Assembly: GCA_965203555.1 (NCBI GenBank)
Contig: CBDBCY010000004.1
Coordinates: 1,248,001 to 1,312,000 of the forward strand
Reading direction: 5' to 3'
Length of the DNA stretch: 64,000 nt
Source: Acidimicrobiia bacterium
Lineage (GTDB): Bacteria; Actinomycetota; Acidimicrobiia; Spongiisociales; ZC4RG35
Below the pieces are notes generated by a model, which saw only the letters and a program-made list of their open reading frames with translations, did no database searches and was not told the origin of the DNA. Of this stretch, positions 48,510 to 58,518 are shown piece after piece; the first letter of the stretch is position 1, and every line of letters starts with the position of its first letter. Both the position numbers and the translations under genes were made by a program.

Positions 48510-49147
48510 AAATGCTCAGTCGCTCTGTGTTTCAGGGAGATCAGAATCGTGAAAAGTGTCGGTGAAGGCGCTCGCGTCCGCTGATTTCCCAGAGGCCTTT
48601 GACCTGAATTGAAAATAAGCCACCGCGCGAACAATACCACCTTGTGTGTGATCAACCGGTGGCCTACGACCCCAAATATAATAATGCAGTAACCGAGGAG
48701 GAGCACGAATGTCGGGCCTGAACGGTCGGTATCGAGGCCGTTTTGTGCTCCACGGGGCAAGAGCACTCTCGATCTACTCGTCGGGCGGGACCGAGCCGCA
48801 GAGCTGATCCCGTTACAAGATGAAGAGATAAAGCGCCAGGTGCTTGAGGACGCCCATCGAAACCCTCCTCCCGGTTCCAGGCTCCCCACCTACGGCGAGG
48901 GTCTCTTCTCCAGGGTTTACCGGTGGAAACAGGCTGTGTGCATGGGCTCTCCCGGGATGTTCACCGAGGTAACGGACATCCGCAGAGAAGAAGCACCCTG
49001 GTTTTCGCGGGATAGTGTGCGGTTTCGCGATTTGGTTTTTTGGGTGGCCAGCCACTTTTTTCTGGGTAGCCGGCCACATGAGGTGCCGCTCAAGAACCAT
49101 CGGAAGGTAGGAAACCTGTGGTCCTGCGGCGAAGACCTCCAGCGAAC

Positions 49148-50440
49148 TCAATCCGGCAGGTGCGCGATTACGTCGGCGGTGGCGGCGATCAGGTCGTCGA
49201 CCTCGCCCAGAGTCATGGGAGTGGAGAGGCAGGCGGTCCCGCGGGCCGAGAGGTAGAAGCCGCGGTTGATCAAACCGAGGTGGAACAGTCGTCTCAGGTC
49301 GGGATCCACCCGGTTGACCGCGTGGGCGTCGGTGACGGGCTCGGAAGTGGGATGCAGGTTGAACAGCGAACCCATTCCGGTGACCTGTCCCGGAACCTCT
49401 CCTTCGGCGAATAAGCGGTTGATACCGGCGATGGCGTGTTCTCCGAGTTCGTTCAACTCCGCCAGCACCGGGTCGGTGAGCATCTCCAGACAAGCCAGGC
49501 CGGCGGCGGCGGTCACCGGGTTGCCGTTGAAGGTGCCGCCCCAGGAGATGTCTCCGGAGACGGGATGCATGATCTCCATGATCTCGCCCGCTCCGCCGAA
49601 GGCGCCGACCGGGAAGCCCCCGCCGATGATCTTGGCGAAAGTGCTCAGGTCGGGCCGGACCTGGTAGATGGCTTCGGCGCCTCCCCGGTGAAGGCGCAGG
49701 GTCTGCACTTCATCGAAGACGAGCAGAGAACCGTCTGCACTGGTGGCTTCCCGGAGAAAACCAAGAAACCCGGGGCTGGCGGGAATGACTCCCGACGCCC
49801 CCAGAACCGGCTCGACTATCACCGCGGCGAGCTCATGGCCCACCTGTTCCAGGACCTCCCGACACCCGTCGACGTCGTTGTAGGGCAGATCCACCACCAG
49901 TTCGGAGATCAGGCCGGGAACACCCGCCGCGGGAGCGGTGGTGTAGTCATGCGTTCCGTGATAGCTCCCCTCGAAGCGGCCGATCCGGGCCCGTCCGGTG
50001 TAGGCGCGGGCCAAGCGCATCGCCGCCATGGTGGCCTCGGTCCCCGAATTGGTGAATCTCACCAACTCCACGGAGGCGACCCTCTCGCAGATGACCTCCG
50101 CCAGCCGCACCTCGTATTCGGTCGGCGCCGCGAAGGCCGTTCCCCCTTCCGCGGCTTCCTGGGCAGCCTTCAGAATGCGGGGATGGGCGTGCCCACAGAT
50201 CAGCGACGTGTAATTGTTTAGGTAGTCGACCCGCCGGTTGCCGTCGACATCGACGATGTGGCACCCCTCTCCCCGCGCCTGGAACGGGGGGAAGGGCGGG
50301 AAGAAGGTGGTGGTGCGAGTGGTGCCGCCCGGAAGCACCTTCTGTGCGCGGCGGGACAGCTCCACGGACCGGGGATTGGCCCGACGGTACTCGGACACTT
50401 CCCGCTGGAGCGCGGCGGTGATCTGTGACCTGTCGTGCAC
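49148..50440 (-). CDS. Class III PLP aminotransferase (GSA-aminomutase-like fold)
   Basis: DVDGNR, GHAHP, FTNSGTEA, GSYHG, LVFDEV, FAKIIGGGFPVGA, GTFNGNP. Confidence 0.9.
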   Translation of the reverse strand: MHDRSQITAALQREVSEYRRANPRSVELSRRAQKVLPGGTTRTTTFFPPFPPFQARGEGCHIVDVDGNRRVDYLNNYTSLICGHAHPRILKAAQEAAEGGTAFAAPTEYEVRLAEVICERVASVELVRFTNSGTEATMAAMRLARAYTGRARIGRFEGSYHGTHDYTTAPAAGVPGLISELVVDLPYNDVDGCREVLEQVGHELAAVIVEPVLGASGVIPASPGFLGFLREATSADGSLLVFDEVQTLRLHRGGAEAIYQVRPDLSTFAKIIGGGFPVGAFGGAGEIMEIMHPVSGDISWGGTFNGNPVTAAAGLACLEMLTDPVLAELNELGEHAIAGINRLFAEGEVPGQVTGMGSLFNLHPTSEPVTDAHAVNRVDPDLRRLFHLGLINRGFYLSARGTACLSTPMTLGEVDDLIAATADVIAHLPD

Positions 50441-50455
50441 GGGTCCGATCCTGCT

Positions 50456-51214
50456 CTACACCACGCTCCAGCCGCCGTCCACCATCAGCGTCTGGCCGGT
50501 TATGTAGCTGGAGCACTCCCCTGCCAGGAACACCACCGCACTGGCCACCTCCGAGGCGTCGGCGAACCTGCCCATGAGGATCTTCGACTTGATGGTCTCC
50601 AGCATCTCGGCGTTGGCGGGGTCGGTGCGCAACTCCACGTTCATCGGCGAGGAGGTCCAACCCGGCGCCACCGAATTGACCCTCACCCCGAATTCGCACC
50701 ACTCCGCAGCCATGGTCCTGGTGGCGCCGATAACTCCCGACTTGGAGGCGCTGTACGACCCGATGGTGGGAAAACCCAGCGGACCGGCGATGGACGAGAC
50801 GTTCACCACCGACCCCGACCGCTGCCCGATCAGATGCTGCACGGCCGCGCGGGTCACATAGAACACCGACGACAGGTTCGCCGCGATAACCCTGTCCCAC
50901 TCTTGGATCGACAACTCGTCCAGGCGCTGGAAGTTCTGCCTCGTGCCCGCGTTGTTCACCACCACGTCCAGCCTCCCCAGCGCCGAGACCACATTTTCGA
51001 CCGCCCCTACGACGGCGGAAGGGTCGGTCACGTCACATGCCGCGACGACGCCCGACCCTCCGATCATCTCCAGGGTCTCTTCAAGAGCCTGCCGGTTGCG
51101 CGCCAAGAGGCCGACCCGGGCACCTTCCTGCGCCAAGGCCAAGGCGATGGCCCGACCTATGCCCTGGCTGGCGCCGGTGACCAGGGCTGCTTTGCCCTTT
51201 AGCTGAGTATCCAT
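50456..51214 (-). CDS. SDR paralog 3
   Basis: VTGASQGIG, NNAG, YSASK, VDGGWSVV. Confidence 0.92.
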   Translation of the reverse strand: MDTQLKGKAALVTGASQGIGRAIALALAQEGARVGLLARNRQALEETLEMIGGSGVVAACDVTDPSAVVGAVENVVSALGRLDVVVNNAGTRQNFQRLDELSIQEWDRVIAANLSSVFYVTRAAVQHLIGQRSGSVVNVSSIAGPLGFPTIGSYSASKSGVIGATRTMAAEWCEFGVRVNSVAPGWTSSPMNVELRTDPANAEMLETIKSKILMGRFADASEVASAVVFLAGECSSYITGQTLMVDGGWSVV

Positions 51215-51219
51215 CAGCC

Positions 51220-53586
51220 CTACCCGGTGGCCTCCTTGATGAGGTTCCACAGCCGGCTGGGGGTGATGGGAAGCTCATCGGCCTCCACTCCCAGGTGGCT
51301 GAGAGCGTCGGTGACCGCATTGGCGACCGCCGCCCCGGGAGGGAAGGTCCCGGCCTCGCCCATTCCCTTGAAGCCCCCGTCCGTATGGGGCGAGGGAGTC
51401 ACCACATGATGGATGTCAAAGTCGGGAACATCGGTGAAGGAAGGCAGCAGGTAGTCCATGAAGGACGTGGTCAGCAACTGGGCGTCCTCGTCGTAGACGA
51501 ACTCCTCCAGCACGGCGCCGCCCAGGGCCTGGGCGATCCCACCGTGGATCTGTCCTTCCACCAGCAACGGATTGATGAGCGGTCCGCAGTCGTCGACCAC
51601 GACATAATTCTGCCAGGTGATCTTTCCGGTGTTGGTGTCCACGTCCAGCACCACGACGTGGCATCCGGAAGCGGTGGTGAAGTTGGGCGGGTCGTAGACG
51701 TAGGTGGCCTCCAGGAAGGGCTGGTCGCCCTCGGGAAGAGCATGGGCCCAGTAGGCCTGCTGAGCCACCTGCGCCAGGCTCACCGATCGCATCTCCTCGG
51801 CGCCCTTCACCGAGACCATGCCGTCGGCGTACTCCAGGTCCTCCGCGTCGGCCTCCAGCATGCCGGCTCCGATACGGATGGCCTTGGCCTTGATCTCCTC
51901 GATCGCCCTGATCACCGCCACCGCGGCGACGTTGGAACGACTGCCCGCCGACCCGAAGCCGGTGTAGGGAGTCTGGTCGGTGTCGCCCCACACCACCCGC
52001 ACATCGGCCATGTCGATGCCCAGATGATGGGCGGCCACCTGCGCCAGGGTGGTCTCGGTGCCCTGGCCCATGGGAATCATCCCGGTGTACACGGTCGCCT
52101 TTCCGTTCGGGTCGACCTTCACCGTCGATCCTTCGTAACCGCCCGTGTAGTAGCTGAGATAACCCAGGATCGGGGAGGGTCCGAATCCCGACACGTGGAT
52201 GTAGCTCGAGATCCCGATTCCCCGGCAGATCCCCTGCTCGCGCAGTTCCGCCTGCTCGGCGCGGACCCGGTCGTAGTCGGCCGCCTCCAGCGCCTTCTCC
52301 AGGCAGGCGGGGAAGTTGCCCGAGTCATAGACCGCCCCGGCCGCATTGAACCAGGGAAACTCGTCGGGCTGGATCATGTTCTTGCGACGGATCTCGGCCG
52401 GGTCCATGCCCAGATGCTTGGCGGCCTTGTCCATCATCCTCTCGGATCCGAAGATCCCCTCGGGACCTCCGAAGCCCCGGAAGGTGCTGGAGGGGGTCTT
52501 GTTGGTGGCGGCCGCGAAGACGTCGCAGTAGTAGTTGGTGATCTTGTACTGGTTGGGCGCCGCCGCGCCGGTCACCCAGGCCGGGCCGATCCCCACGCTG
52601 TGGAGATGGGCGCCAAGGTCGTTGATGACCTTGCCCCGCAGTCCCAGGATGGTTCCGTCGCTCTGCAGCGCCATCTCCCATTCCTGGACCTGTGCCCGGC
52701 CATGCACGGTGGACATCAAACCCTCGCGCCGGTCGGCAATCCACTTGACGGGCCTGCCCAAGTCCATGCTGGCGATGCTCACCAGCAGATCCTCGGGATA
52801 GCGGTCCCACTTGTTGCCGAAGCCGCCGCCCATGTTGGGGGTCAGCACCCGGACAGCCGTTTCGGGAAGGCCCAGGCTGGCGGCCAATTCGGTCCGGAAC
52901 AGGCTGGCTACCTGCGACTCGGAGTGAACGGTGAGTCGCCCGTGGACTTCGTCCCAGTCGGCCACTATGCCCCGTGTTTCGAGCGGAATGCCCGAGTGCC
53001 GGCCGATGGTCAGCCGACCGCGGACTATCTCCTCGGCGTCGTCGAACACCTCCGGCTCGTATCCGCACACACCCAGGGCGTTGTATCCGGCAAAGACGTG
53101 GTGAATGGCGACGTTGTCGCCCCAATCCTCGTTGATCACCGCCGCGCCCTCTTCCAGGGCAGCCTCGCAGTCAGTGACCGCTTCAAGGGGCTCGTAGTCG
53201 ACGTCGATGCCGTCGAGAGCGTCCTCGGCCACATAGCGCGATTCGGCGACCACCGCCGCCACCGGCTCGCCCACATAGCGGACCTTGCCTTCCGCCAGGG
53301 CGGGAGTTCCCGAGTCCTTCTGGCCGGGAAGCCTCCAGATCACCGGAAATTCGGTTACGTGATCGGGGATGTCCTCGGGGGTGATCACCAGGTGCACCCC
53401 GTCCATCGCCCGCGCTTCGGAGGCGTCGATCGAGTTGATTTGCGCATGCCCGTAGGGGCTGCGCAGGATCGCCATGTGCAGAGTTCCCGGCAGGTTTATG
53501 TCGGCTACGTACCGGCCACGTCCCCGGATCAAGGCCGGATCTTCCCGACGCGGCGCTCGCGCGCCGATCCATTCGGTGGTGGTCAT
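51220..53586 (-). CDS. Xanthine-dehydrogenase/CoxL-family molybdopterin large subunit (not a CO dehydrogenase)
   Basis: RREDPAL, LRSPYGHA, MGGGFGNK, STFRGFG, GQGTET, INPLLVEGQIHGG, KGMGEAG; ATG 53586. Confidence 0.92.
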   Translation of the reverse strand: MTTTEWIGARAPRREDPALIRGRGRYVADINLPGTLHMAILRSPYGHAQINSIDASEARAMDGVHLVITPEDIPDHVTEFPVIWRLPGQKDSGTPALAEGKVRYVGEPVAAVVAESRYVAEDALDGIDVDYEPLEAVTDCEAALEEGAAVINEDWGDNVAIHHVFAGYNALGVCGYEPEVFDDAEEIVRGRLTIGRHSGIPLETRGIVADWDEVHGRLTVHSESQVASLFRTELAASLGLPETAVRVLTPNMGGGFGNKWDRYPEDLLVSIASMDLGRPVKWIADRREGLMSTVHGRAQVQEWEMALQSDGTILGLRGKVINDLGAHLHSVGIGPAWVTGAAAPNQYKITNYYCDVFAAATNKTPSSTFRGFGGPEGIFGSERMMDKAAKHLGMDPAEIRRKNMIQPDEFPWFNAAGAVYDSGNFPACLEKALEAADYDRVRAEQAELREQGICRGIGISSYIHVSGFGPSPILGYLSYYTGGYEGSTVKVDPNGKATVYTGMIPMGQGTETTLAQVAAHHLGIDMADVRVVWGDTDQTPYTGFGSAGSRSNVAAVAVIRAIEEIKAKAIRIGAGMLEADAEDLEYADGMVSVKGAEEMRSVSLAQVAQQAYWAHALPEGDQPFLEATYVYDPPNFTTASGCHVVVLDVDTNTGKITWQNYVVVDDCGPLINPLLVEGQIHGGIAQALGGAVLEEFVYDEDAQLLTTSFMDYLLPSFTDVPDFDIHHVVTPSPHTDGGFKGMGEAGTFPPGAAVANAVTDALSHLGVEADELPITPSRLWNLIKEATG

Positions 53587-54068
53587 GATGTCACCTCGTT
53601 CATTTCCCTCGCCGCCCCCAGCACCGACTCCACGATCTTCTGGTATCCGGTGCATCGGCAGATGTTTCCTCCCATGTCTTCCCGCACTTCGTCGGCGGAA
53701 GGATCGGGATTGCGTTTCAGCAGGTCCACTCCGGCCAGGATCATTCCCGGAGTGCAGAACCCGCACTGCAGACCGTGGTATTCCGAGAAGGCTTTCTGCA
53801 TGGGATGCAGTTCGCCATTCTGCTCCAAGCCTTCGATGGTGGTGATCTCGGCGCCCTGCGCCTGGACCGCGAACATCAGGCAGGAACGCACCATCTCCCC
53901 ATCCACCAGGACAGTGCAGGCGCCGCAAACCCCGTGTTCACAGCCAAGATGGGTCCCGGTGAGTCCAAGCCCATCTCGCAGTACGTCGGCCAGGATCTCC
54001 CTGGGCTCGGCCAAAGTGGTTTGGTTTCTTCCGTTCACATTGAGTGTTATCGCAACTTGGCCCATCAC
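53583..54068 (-). CDS. CoxS-like 2x[2Fe-2S] subunit
   Basis: GCEHGVCGACTV, QCGFCTPG, NICRCTGY. Confidence 0.95.
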   Translation of the reverse strand: MMGQVAITLNVNGRNQTTLAEPREILADVLRDGLGLTGTHLGCEHGVCGACTVLVDGEMVRSCLMFAVQAQGAEITTIEGLEQNGELHPMQKAFSEYHGLQCGFCTPGMILAGVDLLKRNPDPSADEVREDMGGNICRCTGYQKIVESVLGAAREMNEVTS

Positions 54069-54928
54069 TACACCTCCTGAGCGTTGGCGACCGCCTGCTG
54101 CAGCGCCCGGCGGGTGAGCACGTCTATCAGAGCGCGCCGGTAGTCGGCGCTTCCGTGAATATCGTCGGTGGAGGGGAACTGGGAAGCGGCCGCGGCGGCG
54201 GCTTCGGCCACTGCCGCTGCTCCGCCGTCGGCGCCGACCAGCGATGCTTCCGCTTCATCCAACCGGGCGGGAGTGGTCCCTCCGAAGGCGGTTATCGAAG
54301 CTGAAGCAACCCCGCTCCCGTTCATGCTCACCACCGCGGCGACGCCGGCCACCGCGAAGTCACCGTGGCGACGGGCGAACTCGGCGAATCCGTGACCGCC
54401 GGACTGGGCGGGCACCGAAATCTCGGTGATGAGTTCATCGGGTCCCAGAGCAGTGGAGAGAAAGTGTCCGCTGACCAGATCCTCCACGGACAGCACCCTC
54501 GATCCTCCCGCGGAGACCGCGGTGACGGAGGCGCTCAGCGCCATCAGGACCGCCGGGTACTCGGAGGCCGGGTCGTTGTGCGCCAGGCTTCCCGCCAGGG
54601 TCCCCCGGTTGCGAATCGCCCGATGGCCCACATAGCCGGTGGCGGCCACCAAGAGCGGCGCGTGGGCGCCGGCTTCCGATGACTCTTCAACCGCGGTCTG
54701 GCGGGCAGTGGCCCCGATTCGGAGATCACCTCCATCGGATCTGATGTAATCAAGGTCGGAAATCCCGTTTATGTCGACGATGGAGGCCGGTCTCGCCAAG
54801 CGGAAGCTCATCATGGGCACCAGGCTCTGGCCTCCGGCCAGCACCTTGGCGTCCTCGCGGCTGCTCAACAGTCCCACGGCGTCGTCGACAGATTCGGGAG
54901 CGTGATATTCGAAAGCTGCGGGTTTCAT
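54068..54928 (-). CDS. CoxM-like FAD subunit
   Basis: MKPAAFEY, LAGGQSL, AIRNRGTLAGS, RRHGDFA, GSADYR. Confidence 0.95.
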   Translation of the reverse strand: MKPAAFEYHAPESVDDAVGLLSSREDAKVLAGGQSLVPMMSFRLARPASIVDINGISDLDYIRSDGGDLRIGATARQTAVEESSEAGAHAPLLVAATGYVGHRAIRNRGTLAGSLAHNDPASEYPAVLMALSASVTAVSAGGSRVLSVEDLVSGHFLSTALGPDELITEISVPAQSGGHGFAEFARRHGDFAVAGVAAVVSMNGSGVASASITAFGGTTPARLDEAEASLVGADGGAAAVAEAAAAAASQFPSTDDIHGSADYRRALIDVLTRRALQQAVANAQEV

Positions 54929-55002
54929 CGCTCTCCCATCTCTGTTTAATTGTCCCCGCCCAATATAGAGCGCCGCCTCCCCTGAAGTCGGCCAAGAGGG
55001 AC

Positions 55003-56139
55003 TTATTCGGTCAACAATCCCGCCATTTGGTCCAAAGCGGCCAAGTTGTGCCCGGCCACCATCGAGTCGATGTGAGGGAGGGAAGCTATGAGACCCCTGG
55101 TCAGCGGTCGGAACCGGGGATCGCCCATCAGGGGATTCACCCAGATCACGCGGTGGGCCTGGCGGGCGAGACGAGCCATAGCCGCCCCCAGCGTCCGGGG
55201 GTCTCCCCTCTCCAGCCCGTCCGAACAGATCAGCACCACCGAACCCCGGTTGCGGGAGTCGGGTCCGTAACGGCGCACGTACTGGGTCAGCGACTCTCCG
55301 ATCCGGGTACCGCTCTCCCAGTCCACCACCCGCGACGCGGCTTCCTCTATGGAGCGATTGGGGTCCCGCCAGCGCAACTGGGGCGTGATCCGGGTGAGCC
55401 TGGTTCCAAAGCAGAACACCTCCACGCCGTGGGCGGCGCGGTGGGTGGCGTAGGCGAAGTGAAGGAGCGGCCGGGAAAAGCCCGCCATGGACCCGGAGAT
55501 GTCGAGGATCAGCACCAAGCGCCGGGGTTTGATGCGCCGCCGGCGGAAGGCTCTGTGGAAAGGCTCGCCGTCGCTGCGAAGCGACCGACGGACGGTTCTT
55601 CGCAGGTCGATCTGTCCGGTGTGCCCCGGACGGGTGCGCCGCACCACCCGCCTGGGCAGATTCACCGCGATGCCCGCCACCAGTCGATGCAGCCGGCGAA
55701 GGTCACCTTCCGTCCAATGATCGAACCGCTTGTCCTTGAGAAGCTCGTCCTCCGACGCGGTCGGTCCGCTGGAACCGGGGCCGTCGTCGGCCGGGTCGAC
55801 CACGGAGACCTCCTGGGTGGTGGAGACCGTCTGCGTCCCCATCGGCGCGCCATCGTCGTCCCAGCCGCCGAAGACATACTCGCCGGCCCGGGCGGAGGAC
55901 TGCTGTTCGGACCGGGAGAACCACTCGTCGAAGGCCCGGTCGTAGTCGGCAAAGCGCCGGTGGTCATCCACCAGCGTCAAGCGGCCCGCCCAGTACAGGT
56001 CCGCCGGATCGGTGGGGTCGAGGTCCGCCGCCGCTCGGCAGAAGGAGAGAATCCGTCCCGGTCCCACCGTGAAGCCGTGGCTTCGCAGGTGCTGGCCGAA
56101 GCGGATCAGCGACCCGAAAAGCTCCTCGCCGTCACTCAA
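55003..56139 (-). CDS. CoxE-like vWA domain protein
   Basis: IDLRRTVR, LDISGSM (MIDAS), FCFGTRL, GTRIG, SDGLE, WVNPL. Confidence 0.9.
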   Translation of the reverse strand: MSDGEELFGSLIRFGQHLRSHGFTVGPGRILSFCRAAADLDPTDPADLYWAGRLTLVDDHRRFADYDRAFDEWFSRSEQQSSARAGEYVFGGWDDDGAPMGTQTVSTTQEVSVVDPADDGPGSSGPTASEDELLKDKRFDHWTEGDLRRLHRLVAGIAVNLPRRVVRRTRPGHTGQIDLRRTVRRSLRSDGEPFHRAFRRRRIKPRRLVLILDISGSMAGFSRPLLHFAYATHRAAHGVEVFCFGTRLTRITPQLRWRDPNRSIEEAASRVVDWESGTRIGESLTQYVRRYGPDSRNRGSVVLICSDGLERGDPRTLGAAMARLARQAHRVIWVNPLMGDPRFRPLTRGLIASLPHIDSMVAGHNLAALDQMAGLLTE

Positions 56140-57025
56140 GGTCGGCGAGTTCCTCGATGAACCCCTCCGCCGTCTCCAAGTCGTCCCGCTCCTTGAGCGC
56201 CGCCCCCAGGGTGAGCCGCACCGTCTCGGTGTCCAGGCGGTCCGTTCCCAGTCGCTGCAACGCCTGACCCCAACTGATGGTCTCCGCCACGCCGGGGGTT
56301 TTCACCAGGTCGGCCTGCCGCAAACGCGCCGCCGCCCTGACCACCTTCCGGGCCAGGGCCTCGGACACCTCCGGCGCCCTGGTCCTGATTATCTCCACCT
56401 CCCGCAGGGGTTCGGGAAGGTGGATCCAGTGGTAGAGGCACCGCCGCTTGAGAGCGTCGTGCAACTCCCGGGTGCGGTTGGAGGTCAGGACCACCATGGG
56501 AGGAGCGGACGAGTGGACTACTCCCAACTCGGGGATGCTGATCTGAAAGTCCGAGAGGATCTCCAGCAGGAACGCTTCGAACTCGTCGTCGGCCCGGTCG
56601 ATCTCGTCGATCAGCAGAACGCACCTGCCTTCCGACCGCAAAGCCCGAAGCAATGGTCTTTCCAGCAGGAACTCCTCCGAGTAGATGTCCCGGCCGGCGC
56701 CGTCCCGGATGTCGGCGGCCCGCAGATGCAAGAGTTGCCGGGTGTAGTCCCACTCGTAAAGGGCCTGCGAAGCATCGATCCCCTCATAGCACTGCAGTCG
56801 CACCAGCGGAACTCCCAGGGCCTCCGCCAACGCCTTGGCCACTTCGGTCTTGCCGACCCCCGCCTCCCCCTCCAGCATCAGCGGCTGGGGAAGGCTTGCG
56901 GCCAGGTAGATGGCGGTGGCCAGTCCCCGGTCGGCCAGGTAGGCGTGGCGGTGCAACAGCTCGGCGACCCGAGCCGGGGAGGAGAGCCCCGTTTCGGCCT
57001 GTGGCGCGTACATATCTGAGTCCAA
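56132..57025 (-). CDS. CoxD-like MoxR AAA+ ATPase
   Basis: LEGEAGVGKT, RLQCYEG, YEWDY, LLIDEIDRAD.EFEAFLLE, TSNRTRELHDALKRRC. Confidence 0.93.
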   Translation of the reverse strand: MDSDMYAPQAETGLSSPARVAELLHRHAYLADRGLATAIYLAASLPQPLMLEGEAGVGKTEVAKALAEALGVPLVRLQCYEGIDASQALYEWDYTRQLLHLRAADIRDGAGRDIYSEEFLLERPLLRALRSEGRCVLLIDEIDRADDEFEAFLLEILSDFQISIPELGVVHSSAPPMVVLTSNRTRELHDALKRRCLYHWIHLPEPLREVEIIRTRAPEVSEALARKVVRAAARLRQADLVKTPGVAETISWGQALQRLGTDRLDTETVRLTLGAALKERDDLETAEGFIEELADLE

Positions 57026-57097
57026 GTCGATCCTCCAATAGGATTATCACGGCAAGATAGTCGAATAGGCTAGGAGAAAGTTGAACAAGGAGAGTTG

Positions 57098-58501
57098 GTG
57101 AGCACCACATTGATCCAGGGAGGACGGGTTGTAACCGCCACCCGGGACCAGGTAGAGGACATTCTCATCGAGAACGGCAGGATCGCCAGGGTGGGAAGCC
57201 TCAACGATTTTCCGGCCGACCGGGTGGTGGACGCCTCCGGAAAGCTGGTCATCCCCGGAGGTATCGACCCGCATACGCACATGGACACTCCGGCCGGCGG
57301 CACCGTAATCTCCGATGACTTCTACACGGGCACCGCGGCGGCCGCGGTGGGAGGGACCACCACCATCATCGACTTTGCCATCCAGAAGCAGGGCGACGAC
57401 CCCCGTGTGTCGCTGGAGGAGTGGTTCGGCAAGTCGGAGGGAAAGGCCGCCGTCGACTGGGCCTTCCACCAGATCATCACCGACCTGCCGGAGTCCTACA
57501 TGCCCTCCCTTGCAGGGCTGATGGATGAGGGAGTGGCCAGCTTCAAGTTGTTCATGGCCTATCCCAACGCCTGGATGCTGGATGACGGCACGATCTTCCG
57601 GGCGCTGCAGTGGACGGCCGACAGCGGTGGACTGATCATGCTCCATTGCGAGAACGGTCCCGCCATCGAAGTGCTCATCCAGCAGGCGCTGGCCGCCGGG
57701 CAGACGGCGCCCCGCTATCACGCCGCGACCCGACCCTCCATCGCCGAGGGAGAGGCCACGTCCCGCGCCGTCGCCCTGGCCGAGATCGCCGGGGTCCCGG
57801 TGTACGTGGTGCATCTGTCGGCGTCGGAGGCCCTGAGCGCCGTCGGGCAGGCCCGTCATCGGGAATTGCCGGTCTATGCCGAGACCTGCCCCCAATACCT
57901 GCTCCTGTCCGACGACATGCTGGCCTCGCCGGGGTTCCACGGCTCCAAGTACGTCATCTCCCCACCGCTTCGGCCCGCTACCCATCACGAGAAGCTGTGG
58001 CAGGGGCTGGCCTCGGGCGACCTGCAGATGGTCGCCACCGACCACGCTCCGTTCCATTACAAGGGACAGAAAGAGATGGGAAGGGGGGACTTCACCAAGA
58101 TTCCCAACGGGATGCCGGGAGTTGAATGGAGAGTGAGCCTGCTCTACCACTTCGGGGTGCGGGCGAACCGGATCTCCCTCAACCGGTGGGTGGAGATCAC
58201 CTCCACCAACGCCGCCAAACTGTTCGGCCTCTATCCGCAAAAGGGCGAGATCGCGCCGGGATCCGACGGGGACCTGGTGATCTTCGATCCCGAGCGGGAG
58301 CACACCCTTTCCGCCGAGACCCAGGTGACCAACTGCGACTACAACCCGTACGAAGGCTGGGTGCTGCAGGGCGCCCCCGACACGGTGTTGGTGCGCGGCG
58401 AGCCGGTGGTCTCGGACGGAAAGTTCGTGGGCCGGGCCGGCATGGGCCGGTTCATCAAACGCCGCCCTTCCGAGACCATCGCCACCGATCTGATTACCTG
58501 A
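57098..58501 (+). CDS. hydA: Dihydropyrimidinase/D-hydantoinase, paralog 2
   Basis: Same metal-binding motifs as 42185-43591, with long identical stretches. Confidence 0.93.
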   Translation: MSTTLIQGGRVVTATRDQVEDILIENGRIARVGSLNDFPADRVVDASGKLVIPGGIDPHTHMDTPAGGTVISDDFYTGTAAAAVGGTTTIIDFAIQKQGDDPRVSLEEWFGKSEGKAAVDWAFHQIITDLPESYMPSLAGLMDEGVASFKLFMAYPNAWMLDDGTIFRALQWTADSGGLIMLHCENGPAIEVLIQQALAAGQTAPRYHAATRPSIAEGEATSRAVALAEIAGVPVYVVHLSASEALSAVGQARHRELPVYAETCPQYLLLSDDMLASPGFHGSKYVISPPLRPATHHEKLWQGLASGDLQMVATDHAPFHYKGQKEMGRGDFTKIPNGMPGVEWRVSLLYHFGVRANRISLNRWVEITSTNAAKLFGLYPQKGEIAPGSDGDLVIFDPEREHTLSAETQVTNCDYNPYEGWVLQGAPDTVLVRGEPVVSDGKFVGRAGMGRFIKRRPSETIATDLIT

Positions 58502-58518
58502 CCTGGGGGTTGAAAGAG

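Noticed and set aside
48587-48735. Canonical TGTCGG PafBC hexamers in the spacer upstream of the MFP gene
   Set aside because: Neither copy has a TAnnnT/CAnnnT box at N10-N11 spacing.
49148-50440. hemL (tetrapyrrole synthesis)
   Set aside because: The fold is similar, but the context is catabolic with no hem genes; no symbol assigned.
51295-54117. Long antisense ORFs (also 115-663, 2026-3468, 12114-13325, 18718-20541, 27264-28943, 59806-61461)
   Set aside because: Shadow frames of well-supported genes in GC-rich DNA, with no recognisable motifs.
51220-57025. Aerobic CO dehydrogenase (coxMSL plus coxDE)
   Set aside because: The active-site loop reads STFRGFG, not AYRCSFR (form I) or AYRGAGR (form II); it is a generic molybdo-hydroxylase.
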